From Callorhinchus milii (taxonomy: Eukaryota): a DNA stretch of 64,000 nt. Shown here piece after piece: positions 51,701 through 64,000 of the stretch (the stretch's first letter is position 1; every line of letters starts with the position of its first letter). The notes beneath the pieces were generated by a model, which was given only the letters and a program-made list of their open reading frames with translations, was not told where the DNA came from and searched no databases. The stretch is taken from positions 95,854,001 through 95,918,000 of the forward strand of contig NW_024704742.1 of the NCBI RefSeq assembly GCF_018977255.1. The letters are read 5' to 3'. The position numbers and the translations under genes are program-made.

Positions 51701-52978
51701 TTAGTTTGACTTCAGTGTGGTGGATTCTCCGACCTTGAAGTAACAAGCACCTGTCAGGAGTTTCAAAATCATAGAATACATCGATATGGTCCATTCATGG
51801 GGTGGCAGCTTGAAGGTCCAATTTAGGACTGGCACCGGGAAATATTTCCTCACACAGAATAATCATAACCTGGGGACTTTGGGATGTCTTTGGGACATCC
51901 TCCTGATGTGAAAGGTGCTGTACAAATGTAATTTGTTGTTGTTGGACTCATTTGAGAGGATAAGAGGTTGGTACTTTGGTGGGATGTGTTAAGTTCAAAT
52001 AAGTTAAAGAACAACTTCTGCATCTGTACCCCTGCATGAAGGGCATTGTGTACAACTTGTTGTTGTACTTCTCTTGTGTAATGATATGAAGTTATGGTTA
52101 TGTGCCTATAAAAGTTATTTGTGGATTTTCAGAGTTCCAATCTGATAATTGCTCTCCCAATAGGACTTTCTGTGCAGTCATGAGCTTGCAGATGTACAGT
52201 GAGGCAGCATTCAATGTGGGTATGTTTGACTCTGAGCAAACAAAGGGAAATTGAACTTTTCTTCTACAAAACTCTCTGCAGATCATAAAGAAAGGTCAAG
52301 AAGGGGAAAAGTGTAGGAGCTATATCATAGACTTTGAGCACTTCAGATTTTAGTCAAGTGACTCTTGACTGAACCAGAAATGTGAAAAAGAAAATGAAAG
52401 GAAAAAAAGAATAACATAAAGGAGGACTTGTTGAGGAAAAAGAAAGCAAAATATAGTAAATATGTTTTGAAAATTAAGGGAGATACTCGAGAGAGAACTT
52501 TCATTTAAAATGCAATGAAAAAGAGTGCGTTTGAACAGAAAATGATTTTTAAAAATGAAAGCAAAAAAAAGTATGGAGTAGCACAGGGAAAAAATGTCAT
52601 TACACAACCGCCAGAGAATTCATCAAAAGCGATGGAAATCCCACTGAAACAAGCCAGACATGAGGAGACAATAAAGGCGAGATTGTAATAAGAGTACAGC
52701 ACAGATAAAAAGTTTGGAAAGGCTAAAAATGAAACAAAAGAGAGGGAATAAGCTTCGTGACCACTTAAAGAAGACGAAGAAAAAACAAGCCAAGACAACT
52801 GGGAATATGAAGCCACAAGGGAAATTGTTTCTTAGCAAAGTGGAATGGATGTGAAAACAATGAAAGGAGTTCTTAGTAATTAGCAGAAAATATATGGAGA
52901 AATACAGAGGAAAAACATCATTACATAACTGAGGAATAGAGAATTCATCAAAAGTAATGAATTTTCCTACATACAAAT

Positions 52979-54051
52979 ACAACAAAAACAAAATTACATT
53001 TGTATAGTGCCTTTCACGTTGGGAGTTATGGACCCGAGCTGAGGGTTGGGGTGGGGGAGGGTGGAGGGCAGGGGGGGGAAGCAGGGAGATCAAAAGCACA
53101 GTCGAAGAGGAGGGTCTTGAGGTGGGTCTTGAAGGTGGTGAGGGAGGGGGCGAGACGGAGGGACTGCAGGATGGAGTTCCAGAGGGTGAGTGCAAAGTGG
53201 CAGAAGACCCGACCGCCGATAGTGGGGCGAACAAGGTGGGGGACGTGAAGCAGGCCGGAGCCCGCTGAGCGGAGAGAGCAGACAGGATGGTATGGGGTTA
53301 TGATGTCAGAGAGGTAGGGGGGAGCAAGACTGTGGAGGGTTTTGAAGGTGAGGACCAGAATCTTGAACTGTATCCTCTGTGTGATGGGAAGCCAGTGGAG
53401 TTGGGCAAGGATGGGGATGATAGGGTCATGGAGCCTAGTGCGGGAGAGGACACGGGCTGCAGAGTTCTGGATGATCTGCAGCCTGTGGAGGAAGGAGTTG
53501 GGAAGGCCGAAAAGCAATGAGTTTGCATAGTCGACCCTCGATGTAATGAAGGCACGTATGAAGGTTTCAGCGGCCTCGGTTGTGAGACAGTGTCGGAGCT
53601 GGGCGACATTGCGGAGGTGGAGGAAGGCAGAGCGGGTCATTGTGCAGATGTGGGGTAGGAGGAATAGTTGAGGGTCAAACAAGACACCAAGGTTCTGGAC
53701 TGGCTTAATAAGGTGGATTGTTCAACCATGGATGGTAATGCTTGTCAGCGCCTGAGGAGAAGAGGCGCTTGTTGACTTTCAACTGAAGGAAGTTAGCTCT
53801 CATCCAGGACTTGACGTCTGACAGACATTCTGTCAGCACAGCAGTGATCCTGGAGTCAAGGGTGGAGACAGAGAGGTAGAGTTGGGTGTCATCCGCATAC
53901 ATGTGGAAGTTGACCCCATGTCTGCGGATGATGTCACCAAAAGGGAGCATATAGATGTTGAAGAGGAGGGGACCAATGACAGAGCCCTGAGGAACGCCAC
54001 ACGAGACCGTCCGGGGGCTAGAGGAGAAGCCGTTTGAGGAGATACACTGTC
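52979..54051 (-). mobile_element. 5'-truncated L2 LINE (RT domain through 3' end)
   Basis: YADDTQLY motif (ORF 53705-53950) and 218-aa C-terminal ORF 53026-53682 (LQIIQNSAAR...LHWLPITQRIQFK...FKTHLKTLLF). Confidence 0.95.
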
Positions 54052-54169
54052 ACTGCACATTATAGTAAATCCTGTGAAGCACTTCTTCTGGTGTGAAATA
54101 TCCATTGCTATTATTATTGTTATTGTCTCCTCTGACAGCTATGGTGATAAAGCCAATTTATAAATAAAA

Positions 54170-54450
54170 GAGGTATACACAACTAGAAGGTCCCAAATTT
54201 AATCCTGGGCTAAATTAGCGGAACTCATTTGCAGTGGCAGTATTGGTGTCAGCGATCTGGGGTAAAGAGAGGGAAAAAATGGCCATGGCATCTTCTTATT
54301 CTTCTTATTATCGCTATGCAGTGTCTCTAGCTGTGAAAATGCCTATGTGTGGACACTGGATGATAGGTTGCTTATGCATAAAGAATGGTAACCTGGGGGG
54401 TGTATTGAAGGATGGCTGTCAAATTAAAGGGTGAGGAAGAACAATTAACA
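54170..54450 (+). mobile_element. Family C copy, degraded
   Basis: CCTCAG-like/GAGGGAAAAAATGGCCA...ATCGCTATGCAGTG...GTGTGGACACTGGATGA. Confidence 0.5.
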
Positions 54451-55649
54451 ACACATACCACAAAATGATGGGAGAACAACATAAAGATGGATTATTGAAG
54501 CTCCCTGGGACGCTACCCCGCGTGAAGGGTGCTACATAAATGCAAGTTGTTGTTATTGATAGGGCGCTATATCAAATACAAGGATTGTTATTATTGAGAA
54601 GGCAAGCAAAAAATTCAATCTAAGTAGGATCAGGGTATCATTTTACAGTATGACAAAATGAAATACAAAAGAAAAATGCACGACCTGAAAATTAAAGTCA
54701 CAGGAACAACACAAATCTAAACTGGGGAATGCAGCAAAAACGCAATATTATTTTTAAAATTAACATTCATTTTATATCTCATTTTGACATCAGTCATCTT
54801 AAGGGAAAGTGGATTGAAAGCATTATCAGAAAGGTATGTGATTAAAGTTATAAACAGAGAAATAATAATAATCCTTGCATTTGATATAATGCTTTTCACG
54901 TCTTCTAGATGTCTCAAAGCGCTTCACAGAATAGACTGTAAAGTGAATTGATTGTATATTGACTGTGTATGCTTACTTATATATTTCTTTGTCGCAGCCC
55001 AAGAGTAAGGTGGTAAGGGGACTCAAAGTAATGATGGAACAGTTTGTGAAAGAAATTGGCGCTTTCTTCTCTGCTGCTGCAGTGATTTTAGTGTAGCCAA
55101 AGAAACAACTCAGGAAAAGATAGCATGATTCAGCTAATGTGAAGTTTGGTTTTATATTTCCAAAGTTGTTGGAAAGTGCTCTACCTCGATGTGTTGTTTA
55201 CTTAGAAATGCTTGCAAATGAGTGCGAGGAAACATCAAACCTGCATCAACATTTGGCAACCTAGTCCCCACCCCTCCATAGTGCAAGGAAAATAGTGGAC
55301 TATTTAAATAACTAAAAACTAAATTAAAAAACTAAAAAGGAACAAGTATACAGAAGAGATAAGGCACCATATCAAGTACAAGTATTATTATGTCATTATT
55401 TATATATTATATATTACGATAACTAGAAATTTGTTCCATTTTTAAAAAGTATTCTGAAAATTGTATAGAAATGGAAAAATATAAAGAACTGGAAAATAAC
55501 TCGCCCCTCCTGAAGTCTAAATAAACTTTTCTTGACAGTCCATAGTGTCTGAGCCCAATAGTATCCAGAATGTAAACTGCATTTGAGAAATTAGCTGGGA
55601 CAGTTCCATTGAAGGCTCATTGCTCTGAATTCCTGTGTACTGAAAACTA

Positions 55650-56055
55650 AGCCTGGCTCAGTTGTCAACACATTTGTTTCTCGGTCAGATGGTTGAGAGT
55701 TCAAGTCCTATGTCAAACTCTGAGCTCATAAGCTGGGGGTTATTGCATTATTGGATGTGCCACCCTTCAGATGAGACATTAAACTGAGGTACCATCTGCC
55801 CGCTCAAGTGGACACTAAAGATCCGCGGCACTATTTGAAAAGTGAAAAGAGATTTCTCCTGGTGCAGCAGTCAAGAAGCCTCTAGATGAAAACCTGATCA
55901 TTCACTTCATGGTTGTTTGTGAGACATTGCTGTGTAGAAATTGGCTGCTACATTTTGCCTGCGAATGCAGTCATTATACTTTACAGAAACTTTAAGAAAC
56001 ACTTGGAGATATTCACAACATTATAGGCGCTATATCAAATATAAGAATGAGTATT
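55650..56055 (+). mobile_element. Family B SINE
   Basis: AGCCTGGCTCAGTTG head; CAGATGAGACATTAAACTGAGG core; tail GGCGCTATATCAAAT. Confidence 0.85.
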
Positions 56056-56959
56056 ATAATCATTGAGTACATTCAGCTTCTGTTTCATATTAATGCCAGC
56101 TGGCTTTCCAATGAAAAAGTGCTGAAAAGAATCTCATTGAGAATCATTGTAAACTACGTCCTTTTCTCCTTGAGGAAAAAATCTTTCCCTTGGCTCAGTT
56201 TTGCTCACATTGTACTTATTAAACCTGCTGACTATGGAAATATTTTTGATGCTTTGCACAAGATAAACATCACCTTGCGAGGAAAGAAAATCAACACTGA
56301 CAAAATTGCACATTTAAAGAAGTTGGGTTTCTCTCTGGTAAGTGTGAGTGTGAGATATGGACACATTATTACTGTTCACTGAGTTACCGGATAAGGAGAC
56401 TTAACACAAGATGTAATTTCTGTAAAGGCTGTTGCAATTACTAATCTGCATACTTTCACATTTCAATTCAAACAGTATTTTCCTACAAATCATTTTGGAA
56501 AATGAAGAGCAAATCATGATCCTTTTAGTAAATCTAACATGGGAATGCACATTTTCCCCAGATCTGGATTCTAACCTTGTGAATCAATTCCATACAAATC
56601 ATAGAAAATTTGACGAACATATTGACGTGGGAGGTGATATTCTTCTGAGTGGTAAAACATGTAAAAATTAAGCTTTATGCTCATGTATCAAATTATTTTT
56701 ATTCTGCCACATTAGCACTCGAAATTCTGCTTGTTGGATTACCTTAACACAAAAGAGGTAAAGTTTACATCTATGTTGCAGAATCTAAAACATCAATATC
56801 ACATTCAAAGAAGACAACTTTCAACAATATCTTTACTCATAAACTAACATCTCATGTGGTACAGTACATTTGGCATTTGGGAGTTACATTTACCAGCAGC
56901 ACACTGCTAACTTCTGTGAAATAAACATTTCTGTGTGAGGTGGGAATAGTAAGGTCCTC

Positions 56960-57075
56960 GTGGGTGTTCGCCCACAAATATACAGTCAATTCACTTTACA
57001 GTGTGTTCTGTGAAGCACTTTGGGATGTCCTCCCGACGTGAAAAGTGCTATATCAAATGCAAGGATTATTATTAT
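56960..57075 (+). mobile_element. SINE family A 3' fragment
   Basis: Near-identical to 47678-47790. Confidence 0.85.
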
Positions 57076-57194
57076 GATGCTGCAGGAGGAGCAATAATAA
57101 AGTGTCCCAAGAGGAAGAGGAAAGGAGGGTTCACAGGAAGAAGTTATTTTTGAGTTCTATCACAGAAGGATATAAGAAGGGGGTAGAAATGATG

Positions 57195-57450
57195 TCTGGA
57201 GTGAGATGAGCACTCTCTTCTGAGAGTCACATCCTGCTTACCTAAATCCTGAGAGTATTAGGCACAGGTTGGCAAGAGTCAAGGCTTGGGGAGTCCATTG
57301 TATGTTGTTGTGGTACAGCTGCAATTTGACCAGCTAAAATCTTATAGCTGTCTAGGAAGCATCCCATTGCTTGTACAAATAGGTCCATCTACTCTTTAAG
57401 ACTTTGGCTTGCAGGATTAACAGGAGCCAAGAGGGATCCCTGCCCCCAGA
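57195..57450 (+). repeat. Family D copy
   Basis: GCACTCTC...CATCCTGCTTACCTAAATCC...GCAGGATTAACAGGAGCCAAG. Confidence 0.6.
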
Positions 57451-57629
57451 CCCTGGTATTCATAATCTTCATGGTGGTGAAGCATTATGGAGAAGGTGAA
57501 TGGTCTGTGAGGGAATTGTGAGTTCAGCTGAAATACCATGACTGTACTGAATAGTGGTGTTATTTTAAATTATTTGTACAATTTGCACCATTATGCAGCT
57601 AAGGTAGTACTTGTTTTGACCATACTAAT

Positions 57630-57805
57630 TAAATCGGTCACTTCAATCCATAACTGTTTGTGAGACACTGTTGTGCGCAATTGCCTTCCACGTTTTGCCC
57701 ACAAAATATACAGTCAATTCACTTTACAGTATATTCTGTGAAGCGCTTTGAGACATCTCGAAGACGTGATAAGATGTTATATCAAATGCAAGGATTATTA
57801 TTATT
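57630..57805 (+). mobile_element. SINE family A 3' half
   Basis: GGTCACTTCAATCCA...CAAATGCAAGGATTATTATT. Confidence 0.85.
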
Positions 57806-59368
57806 GTATACTCCGCATTGTACAGAGACTGATCACCATCAGCCCATCCTTATTAGAGTTAATGGCAGTAGTATTCAATGGGAAGATGCACAAATGCAAA
57901 AAAATAATATGTCTCCCAGGCTGACCAGAAGGGCCTTCCACATCTGAACCAATCTGTGATCTTGTTCTAAAAGTGTGTGGGTGTACTATGCATTCAGTAG
58001 ATGGCGCCAAACCTTTTACGGTAATTTACCCACAAGGCCTTGACTACACTGAACTGCAACGGAAATTCACACTTGAGATTTCTAGACATTGACAAGCTTT
58101 ATTGTTGATTACTTTTGAACACAGAATTCCCTTGAGGTCAATGCATAAAATCACTGTTGTCTTTCACTGATCAGAAGCAGAATTGTTGCATTTTATTAAT
58201 GCCACACACCAAATGTTACTTACTAGATGAGCAATACTATTGGTCATTTTATAGGATTAAAACAATAGATTTGGATGTTTTAAATGAAATAAAAGACGCT
58301 GTTGGTAAAATGCTATTAGCCTGCGCTAGCAGTACCAAGTGAATATAAACAATCAGTTACTTGATTTGAATGGATGCCCCATTTAGTTTGAATAGAAACA
58401 TTTCTAAGAGACAGCAGAGGAAAAAACAAAATTTATGTAACATTATGTCAGCATTATGTACACTCTGATTGATAATAACTATAGGATCAAAAAGAGAATA
58501 TTTATAGAAATGAGAGGGGGATTTCAAATGCTATGTGCATTTATGAAGAACATACTGGATTTATTTTAATACTTATTTAATGCTTCATTGAAAAAAATAT
58601 TGTTGATGGATGAAACATGCTTGCAATGACAACTAATACAAAACACTATTTGTTGAGGGGTTTATTGGTTGCTATTTTAATGTCTTTTACATCAAGTGTG
58701 CCACCGGTGAACTGGCACAGAGTCGACTGGCTGTTAAAATCCAGACTCATCACTCACTGCCACATAAAGAAAAATGGCCACTTGGGCAAAGAATGAAGGC
58801 ACATGGAAAGTTGCAGCTTAGGATGGAAATGGGGAGAGAAGCTGGAAAACATTAAAGAAAAAAAACTTCCCCCTTCTGTTCTCTATGGAAATTCTATTCA
58901 AAGCGCTTTGAGACTTGATAAGGCGCTACATCAAATGCAAGGATTATTATTATTGCTATAGTTGTCTACTGATTATAATGATAATAATAATAATAATAAT
59001 AATAATCCTTGCATTTGATAGAGCCCCTTATCACATCTTCGGATTGGGTATAAATCCAATTTGCCATGTCCAGTAGTTATCTTTATTTTAAATGATAGTC
59101 TTATGACTACATATCCATGACAAATGATTCCTTGCTTTTGAAAGAAGCATCTTTCGGATGGGATAATTTCTTTGATAAGTTAGAAAGAATTATAATTGAA
59201 AGTACCTGAAGGTCTAATGGAGCTAATGTATCTAAATTGTCCTGCGAGACCAATGCACCCATATATTTTGCTTCATTAGATCTGATCCTACTCCGTCTCC
59301 ATAAAGAGCTGCGAGCGTTATCTTATGAAGTGAAATGTGCTACCTAAGTGCAAGTGCAATCATACCTT

Positions 59369-59711
59369 GTGGAGTCCTGTAGCTTAGTGGTTAGAGCGCT
59401 CGCCTCGTAAGCAAGAGGACCTGGGGTTAATTCCCAGCAGGGCAAAATATTGGGCAAGCTTCCTTATTCCCCATACCTCTATTTATTTAGCAGTAAGTAG
59501 GAGCATGGTTGTTAATCGATTGGTGGATCGCTTTTTCGGGGGTAAAAACTCCTTCAAAATAAATAAAAATAATTTGGTCACTCAATCCACAGCTGTTTGT
59601 GGGACAATAGGCTATCGCATTTCACCCACAAAATATACAGTCAATTCACTTTACAGTATATTCTATGAAGTGCTTTGAGATGGTACGAAGATGTGATAAG
59701 GCGCTATATCA
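59369..59711 (+). mobile_element. SINE family A, long form
   Basis: GTGGAGTCCTGTAGCTTAGTGGTTAGAGCGCTCGCC head; TAGCAGTAAGTAGG segment; tail. Confidence 0.9.
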
Positions 59712-60481
59712 TTGAATAGATTAATATTATAAAATAGTTTTAACATTATTGTTGATTCATTTGAGGTTTCTGTTAGTCTCTGCTTTGCTCAAACACCAGC
59801 TTTGCCTTGTTAAGACTTCCATATGAATAACCAGCAAAAATAAATCTGAACACTCATTCCTACATAAAATCTACACTTTTTTTCTCTGTATCAGATTCTA
59901 ATTTGGGCCACAAGAGCTGAAGGGATTGCAATTCACAACACTTTGTTGTATATTCCAAAGTCTATTGCTGAAACCTCTCTAAATACTTTGATGCTACTAT
60001 TGTGGCAACCAGAAGTTGTCTGGTTCATTGATGCCTTATGAAAGGGAAACTATTCTGGCAGAGGAAATATCCTTCCCTACCAAAAGCGGACCAAGGAATG
60101 AAGAAAACTATCCAACCGAGGAAAGAAAGCATGCTTGATAGGCATCCAAGTCGAAGAACTTGTGAGTTCTTCTTGGAAGTCAAGTGTGTAACCACATGAA
60201 AAAAAATCTACCAGACTCTCAAAAGGATCTTGATTTCATTTAACTGATGATACGACTGTAACTTTCCCTTTATTTCCCTACAGTGTTTTACAAATAATTC
60301 TCCAGTTTGCTTAAAGTGTTTTAGTTGTAAAAGATTTTTCAAATATATTTTAACTGTTACAGAAATCCATTTATGGTCTTGAAAAGTTAACATTTTTATA
60401 TTTCTAGGTAATGTGTAGTTTATTTTTTCTTCACCAGCTTTCTCCTCTCTTTTTGTAAGGATTTTTGACTTATTTTTCCTT

Positions 60482-60828
60482 CTCCTGGGGTACAGTTCGA
60501 AAGGTGCTGGTGAATTGTCCGAGTTACATGTACGAAGTTAAACTTGAATGCCAGAAGGCTATACACTCTCTGGAACATCACATCCAAGCCCAAGATTGTT
60601 TTTACCTGGTATCTCCATAAACACCTGCCTCCAGAGGGGTCACGAGATAGTGATCATGAATAGGTGCCCTGGATGATCTTAGCCTCCTCAGTCTAGGTCA
60701 CTCAGACCTATTGCAATGGCCCTTACTGCTGATTCTGAGATCAATTACCAGCATGGCGATCAAACTTGAGATCTTTCCTGACTGTAATGCTCAACTACTC
60801 ACAGACTAAATGCACTGAGCCATTGAAG
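60482..60828 (-). mobile_element. Family C copy
   Basis: CCAGAGGGGTCACGAGATAGTGATCATG...CTGAGATCA...CTGAGCCA. Confidence 0.55.
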
Positions 60829-63602
60829 AAACGCCAATGTACAGTTTTGTTTAGAAAACATACAATTTGTTTTTCTTTTCCAAATTGTCTCCCTTCCCCC
60901 AATCTCTCCTGAAGGTATTTGCCTCCTTCTACTGAGGTACAGTTCAATGAGCACTTTACCCATTTGGCTTATTTTACACACCTCAGTCAGAAGCACACAC
61001 AGTTGTTAGTTGTTCCAGATGGAGTCTTTTTCTGCTGAAGCCATTAATTGTTTCTCTTCATATGTAATATTCATTAGATATTAATGCTGCTGTAGTTTCA
61101 AATGAGAAATAAGAAACAGCACCAAGAAAAGTTTTGATTCATTTTCATAATTTATAAATAGTAAATTATTACATTATTAATGTATTCTTCCCAGCTTAAA
61201 AAACAGATTTAAAAATCTCCCATTTTATTTACTTTCCAACCACATTAACTCCCAATAGACATTGCACAGCAACAGAAATGTTTACTGATAATTGCATACT
61301 TACTAGAAAAATACACATTATTTAGAGACCAGCGCTCATAAAGTAATTTGCTATGCTTTATCTTTTCCATGTTATTGTCCATAACAATACAGCATTGAGA
61401 TTTGACAAAATTGTATTGGCGAAGAAATCTTATGGAAAAATCATATTTTATAAGCCAAGGCTGCTGTGGAAAATCAGCACTTAAAAGGTTACTTATCATT
61501 GCACTAATATACTTTTCCCATGCTTAACATACTCGGTTTACTGACATTGCTCATCTGATTGCTGTTTCATATTTTCTATCCTAATCTTCTGTGATCCTGG
61601 TACTGCTCTCTCCTTAGAGGTTCTCTTTACTGATTAAATGAATCTGCTCAAAGCCCAGTTCCCAGGCTCTTTGATCTAATCTGATCTGATTTGATCTGAT
61701 CGGTTCAGCAGGACATTGGGGAATTAACAATAAGCAGCTTTAACACAAGTGTTTAATAACTCAACACAATCTCCTTAGTGCAGAGCTGCTCATGTTCTCA
61801 TACAGTCAACAGTTCGTGGTGTAACAGATTGGACATCCCTCTGAACCCAAGGAATTTCATGTGCTGTGAAACTAATCACTTCGAGTTCCTTCATAAATCA
61901 CACAGAGCGGATTTTATCATCTAACAAATGAAAAAAAAACTTTCATCCACTGAGATAAAGACCTTGGAAAATTATAATCTAAATTCTGTCATCTTATTTA
62001 TGAATTCTCTCATCTACTTAACTTTCACAAGCATGAAATAATGTAAGCGGGCTAAACCATGATGAACCCGACAGACCTCCATTGACCCTATTCGCCAATG
62101 TCATGAAAACAATAGGGTGTGGGTTAGGGAATTCATCGCTGATTTCCAATCAGCAATAAGTGAGGAGATGATGGCAAATAAAAACGGTGAAATTTAATAA
62201 ATGGATGTACAAAGGGACAACATCTGTACTGTTAGTTTCTCTCTACCAACAGGATTATCAGCAGTCAGAGAAGTGTCATTTTGTATCAAATTTGAAAGGA
62301 CATTTTCTGCAGGGAAAATATTCATTTGTGGGATAAAATTCCACCTGGATCTAGATCTACTCTATTGATGCAGTATTTCAAAGCGTACAAACATGTATCA
62401 AGTTCTTAAATATGGTATTGAATTTTGAAGCCGTTTTCTGTAAGCTCTTTTAAGATTTACAGAAAACAGGCCTCAAACTTAAAGCTGAATTCAAATATTT
62501 GCCCACTGAAATGTTACATTAATAGAGTAAACAATAACAGTAAATCCTTACATTTTATATAGCGACTTTCATGTCGGGAGGACATCTCAATTCACAGGAT
62601 TTACTGTAGAGTGACTGTATTTTGTGGGTGAATACGCAAATCTACTCCTAGGCTGTTCCCAAATCTTATTTTCTTCTATTTTTATAAAGTAGGAACACAG
62701 AACAACATCTGATTTGTGATATATGCAAACCAAACTGTGCCTTCCAATTTAAGAAATTTGCAGCAAAATTTGCAGACAGCTCATTGTGAATTGCAAGTTG
62801 TGACAAAATCTGGAAATCAAAGTACCGGTGAGCAAAATGCCGACAGGAAACTTGGGGGGTGGGGGACACCGACAGAATTTCCGGAATGTCGCAAACTGAA
62901 AGTTACATATAACAGCCAATCCGGATTTGTGAATCACATAAATAGGCCTCAACAATGGGAATCATGTCAAATCATAAGAATTGTGCAAGTCACAAGAATG
63001 ATAGATAGCTTGTGTCTCTCTTTTCCCTATAAAGCAACAGCAGAAACAATTTGAGAAATGCTTTATCGTGAAAGAATTCCCCTTTTAAAGTATGTTATTA
63101 GATTAATTAAAATTACTATGATTCTTCTTCTTTGAATGTTTTCTCCCCAAAGTAAGCCAGCAATTGAAATCATGATCAAACATGGTAACATTTTCATTGC
63201 TACTAGCCTTTTCTTTAATTTTCGCTGAAAAAATAGATCAAAATCTTGTAAAGTGACTTTGTTATGATGAATGATATGTTTTTACAGGATGTTTTATTTT
63301 TACATGTGTTCGTTTCACCATAAAATCTTCTATAGGCCAAGAACAACAGTGATGATTTATCTTTCTCATTATGCCTCCGAATAGATATGTAATGAGTCCG
63401 ATGGCTGTGAAATACTGGATGCCTGAGATGCCCAAATCAGTCATTTTCACTTAACTCAGATAACAACCATAAAGGGAATATTTTATGTGATTTATTCAAA
63501 AAACAGTCTCTTCATTACTGCTGTGCTATACATTTTGCACACAGCTTGCATTAGAATGGAGGTGAGTATTGTATGTTACTGATGAAGAAGTACTGGTAGC
63601 AA

Positions 63603-63732
63603 GATAATAATAATTCTTGCATTTGATATAGCACCTTATCACATCATCGAAATGTCTCAAAGTGCATCACAGGATTTTACTGTAAAATGCATTTGTAACC
63701 AATACGACAGCCAATTCGCTCACAGCAATGCA
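63603..63732 (-). mobile_element. SINE (family A or B) 3' fragment
   Basis: ATAATAATTCTTGCATTTGATATAGCACC...CAGCCAATT. Confidence 0.75.
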
Positions 63733-63753
63733 GTGCATGACTAAGTTTACCTT

Positions 63754-64000
63754 AGTCCTGTAGCTTAGTGGTTAGAGCACTCGCCTTGCAAGCGAGATAC
63801 TTGGGTTCAATTCCGGGCAGGGCGAAACCTTGGGCACGTTTCCTTACTCCACACGCCTAATAGTAATCCTTCCAAAACAAAACAATAATAAATTGGTCAT
63901 TTTCAATCCACGACTGTTTGTGGGACACTGCTGTGCGCAATTGGCTGCTGCGTTTTGCCCACAAATAAACAGTCAATTCACTTTACAGTATATTCTGTGA
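63754..64000 (+). mobile_element. SINE family A, short form, cut by the window end
   Basis: tRNA-Ala(TGC)-like head with anticodon arm CTCGC-CTTGCAA-GCGAG; body very similar to 47471. Confidence 0.92.

Noticed and set aside
53026..53682. 218-aa ORF as a host gene
   Set aside because: L2 ORF2 C-terminus of a truncated copy with an upstream frameshift and stop.
59207..59322. Possible minus-strand exon (open frame NARSSLWRR...LAPLDLQ, donor CAG/GTACTT)
   Set aside because: Weak acceptor, unrecognised peptide and no partner exons.

Overview
Vertebrate nuclear DNA, repeat-rich and apparently non-coding (intergenic or deep-intronic). The repeat content points to a cartilaginous fish, possibly a holocephalan: SacSINE1-like Deu-SINEs, a tRNA-Ala-derived SINE with an L2-type tail, and L2 and CR1 LINE fragments. 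This assignment is inferred from recalled repeat consensuses, not from a search. I could not confidently identify any host protein-coding exon, RNA gene or CRISPR array. The ORFs with recognisable protein content are decayed LINE reverse-transcriptase fragments; the rest are repeat artefacts or chance. The most notable structures are: (1) two inverted ~1 kb L2 copies sharing a 137-bp 100%-identical tract within otherwise diverged sequence, a gene-conversion or inversion signature; (2) a fold-back SINE rearranged through its own internal/tail complementarity; (3) several near-perfect palindromes outside recognised repeats; (4) an unclassified dispersed repeat in 4 copies; (5) a GC-box minisatellite insert; and (6) repeat-free, motif-dense blocks resembling conserved non-coding enhancers. 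I found no convincing novel protein-based system. Boundaries of old repeats are approximate, and identities were judged by eye.
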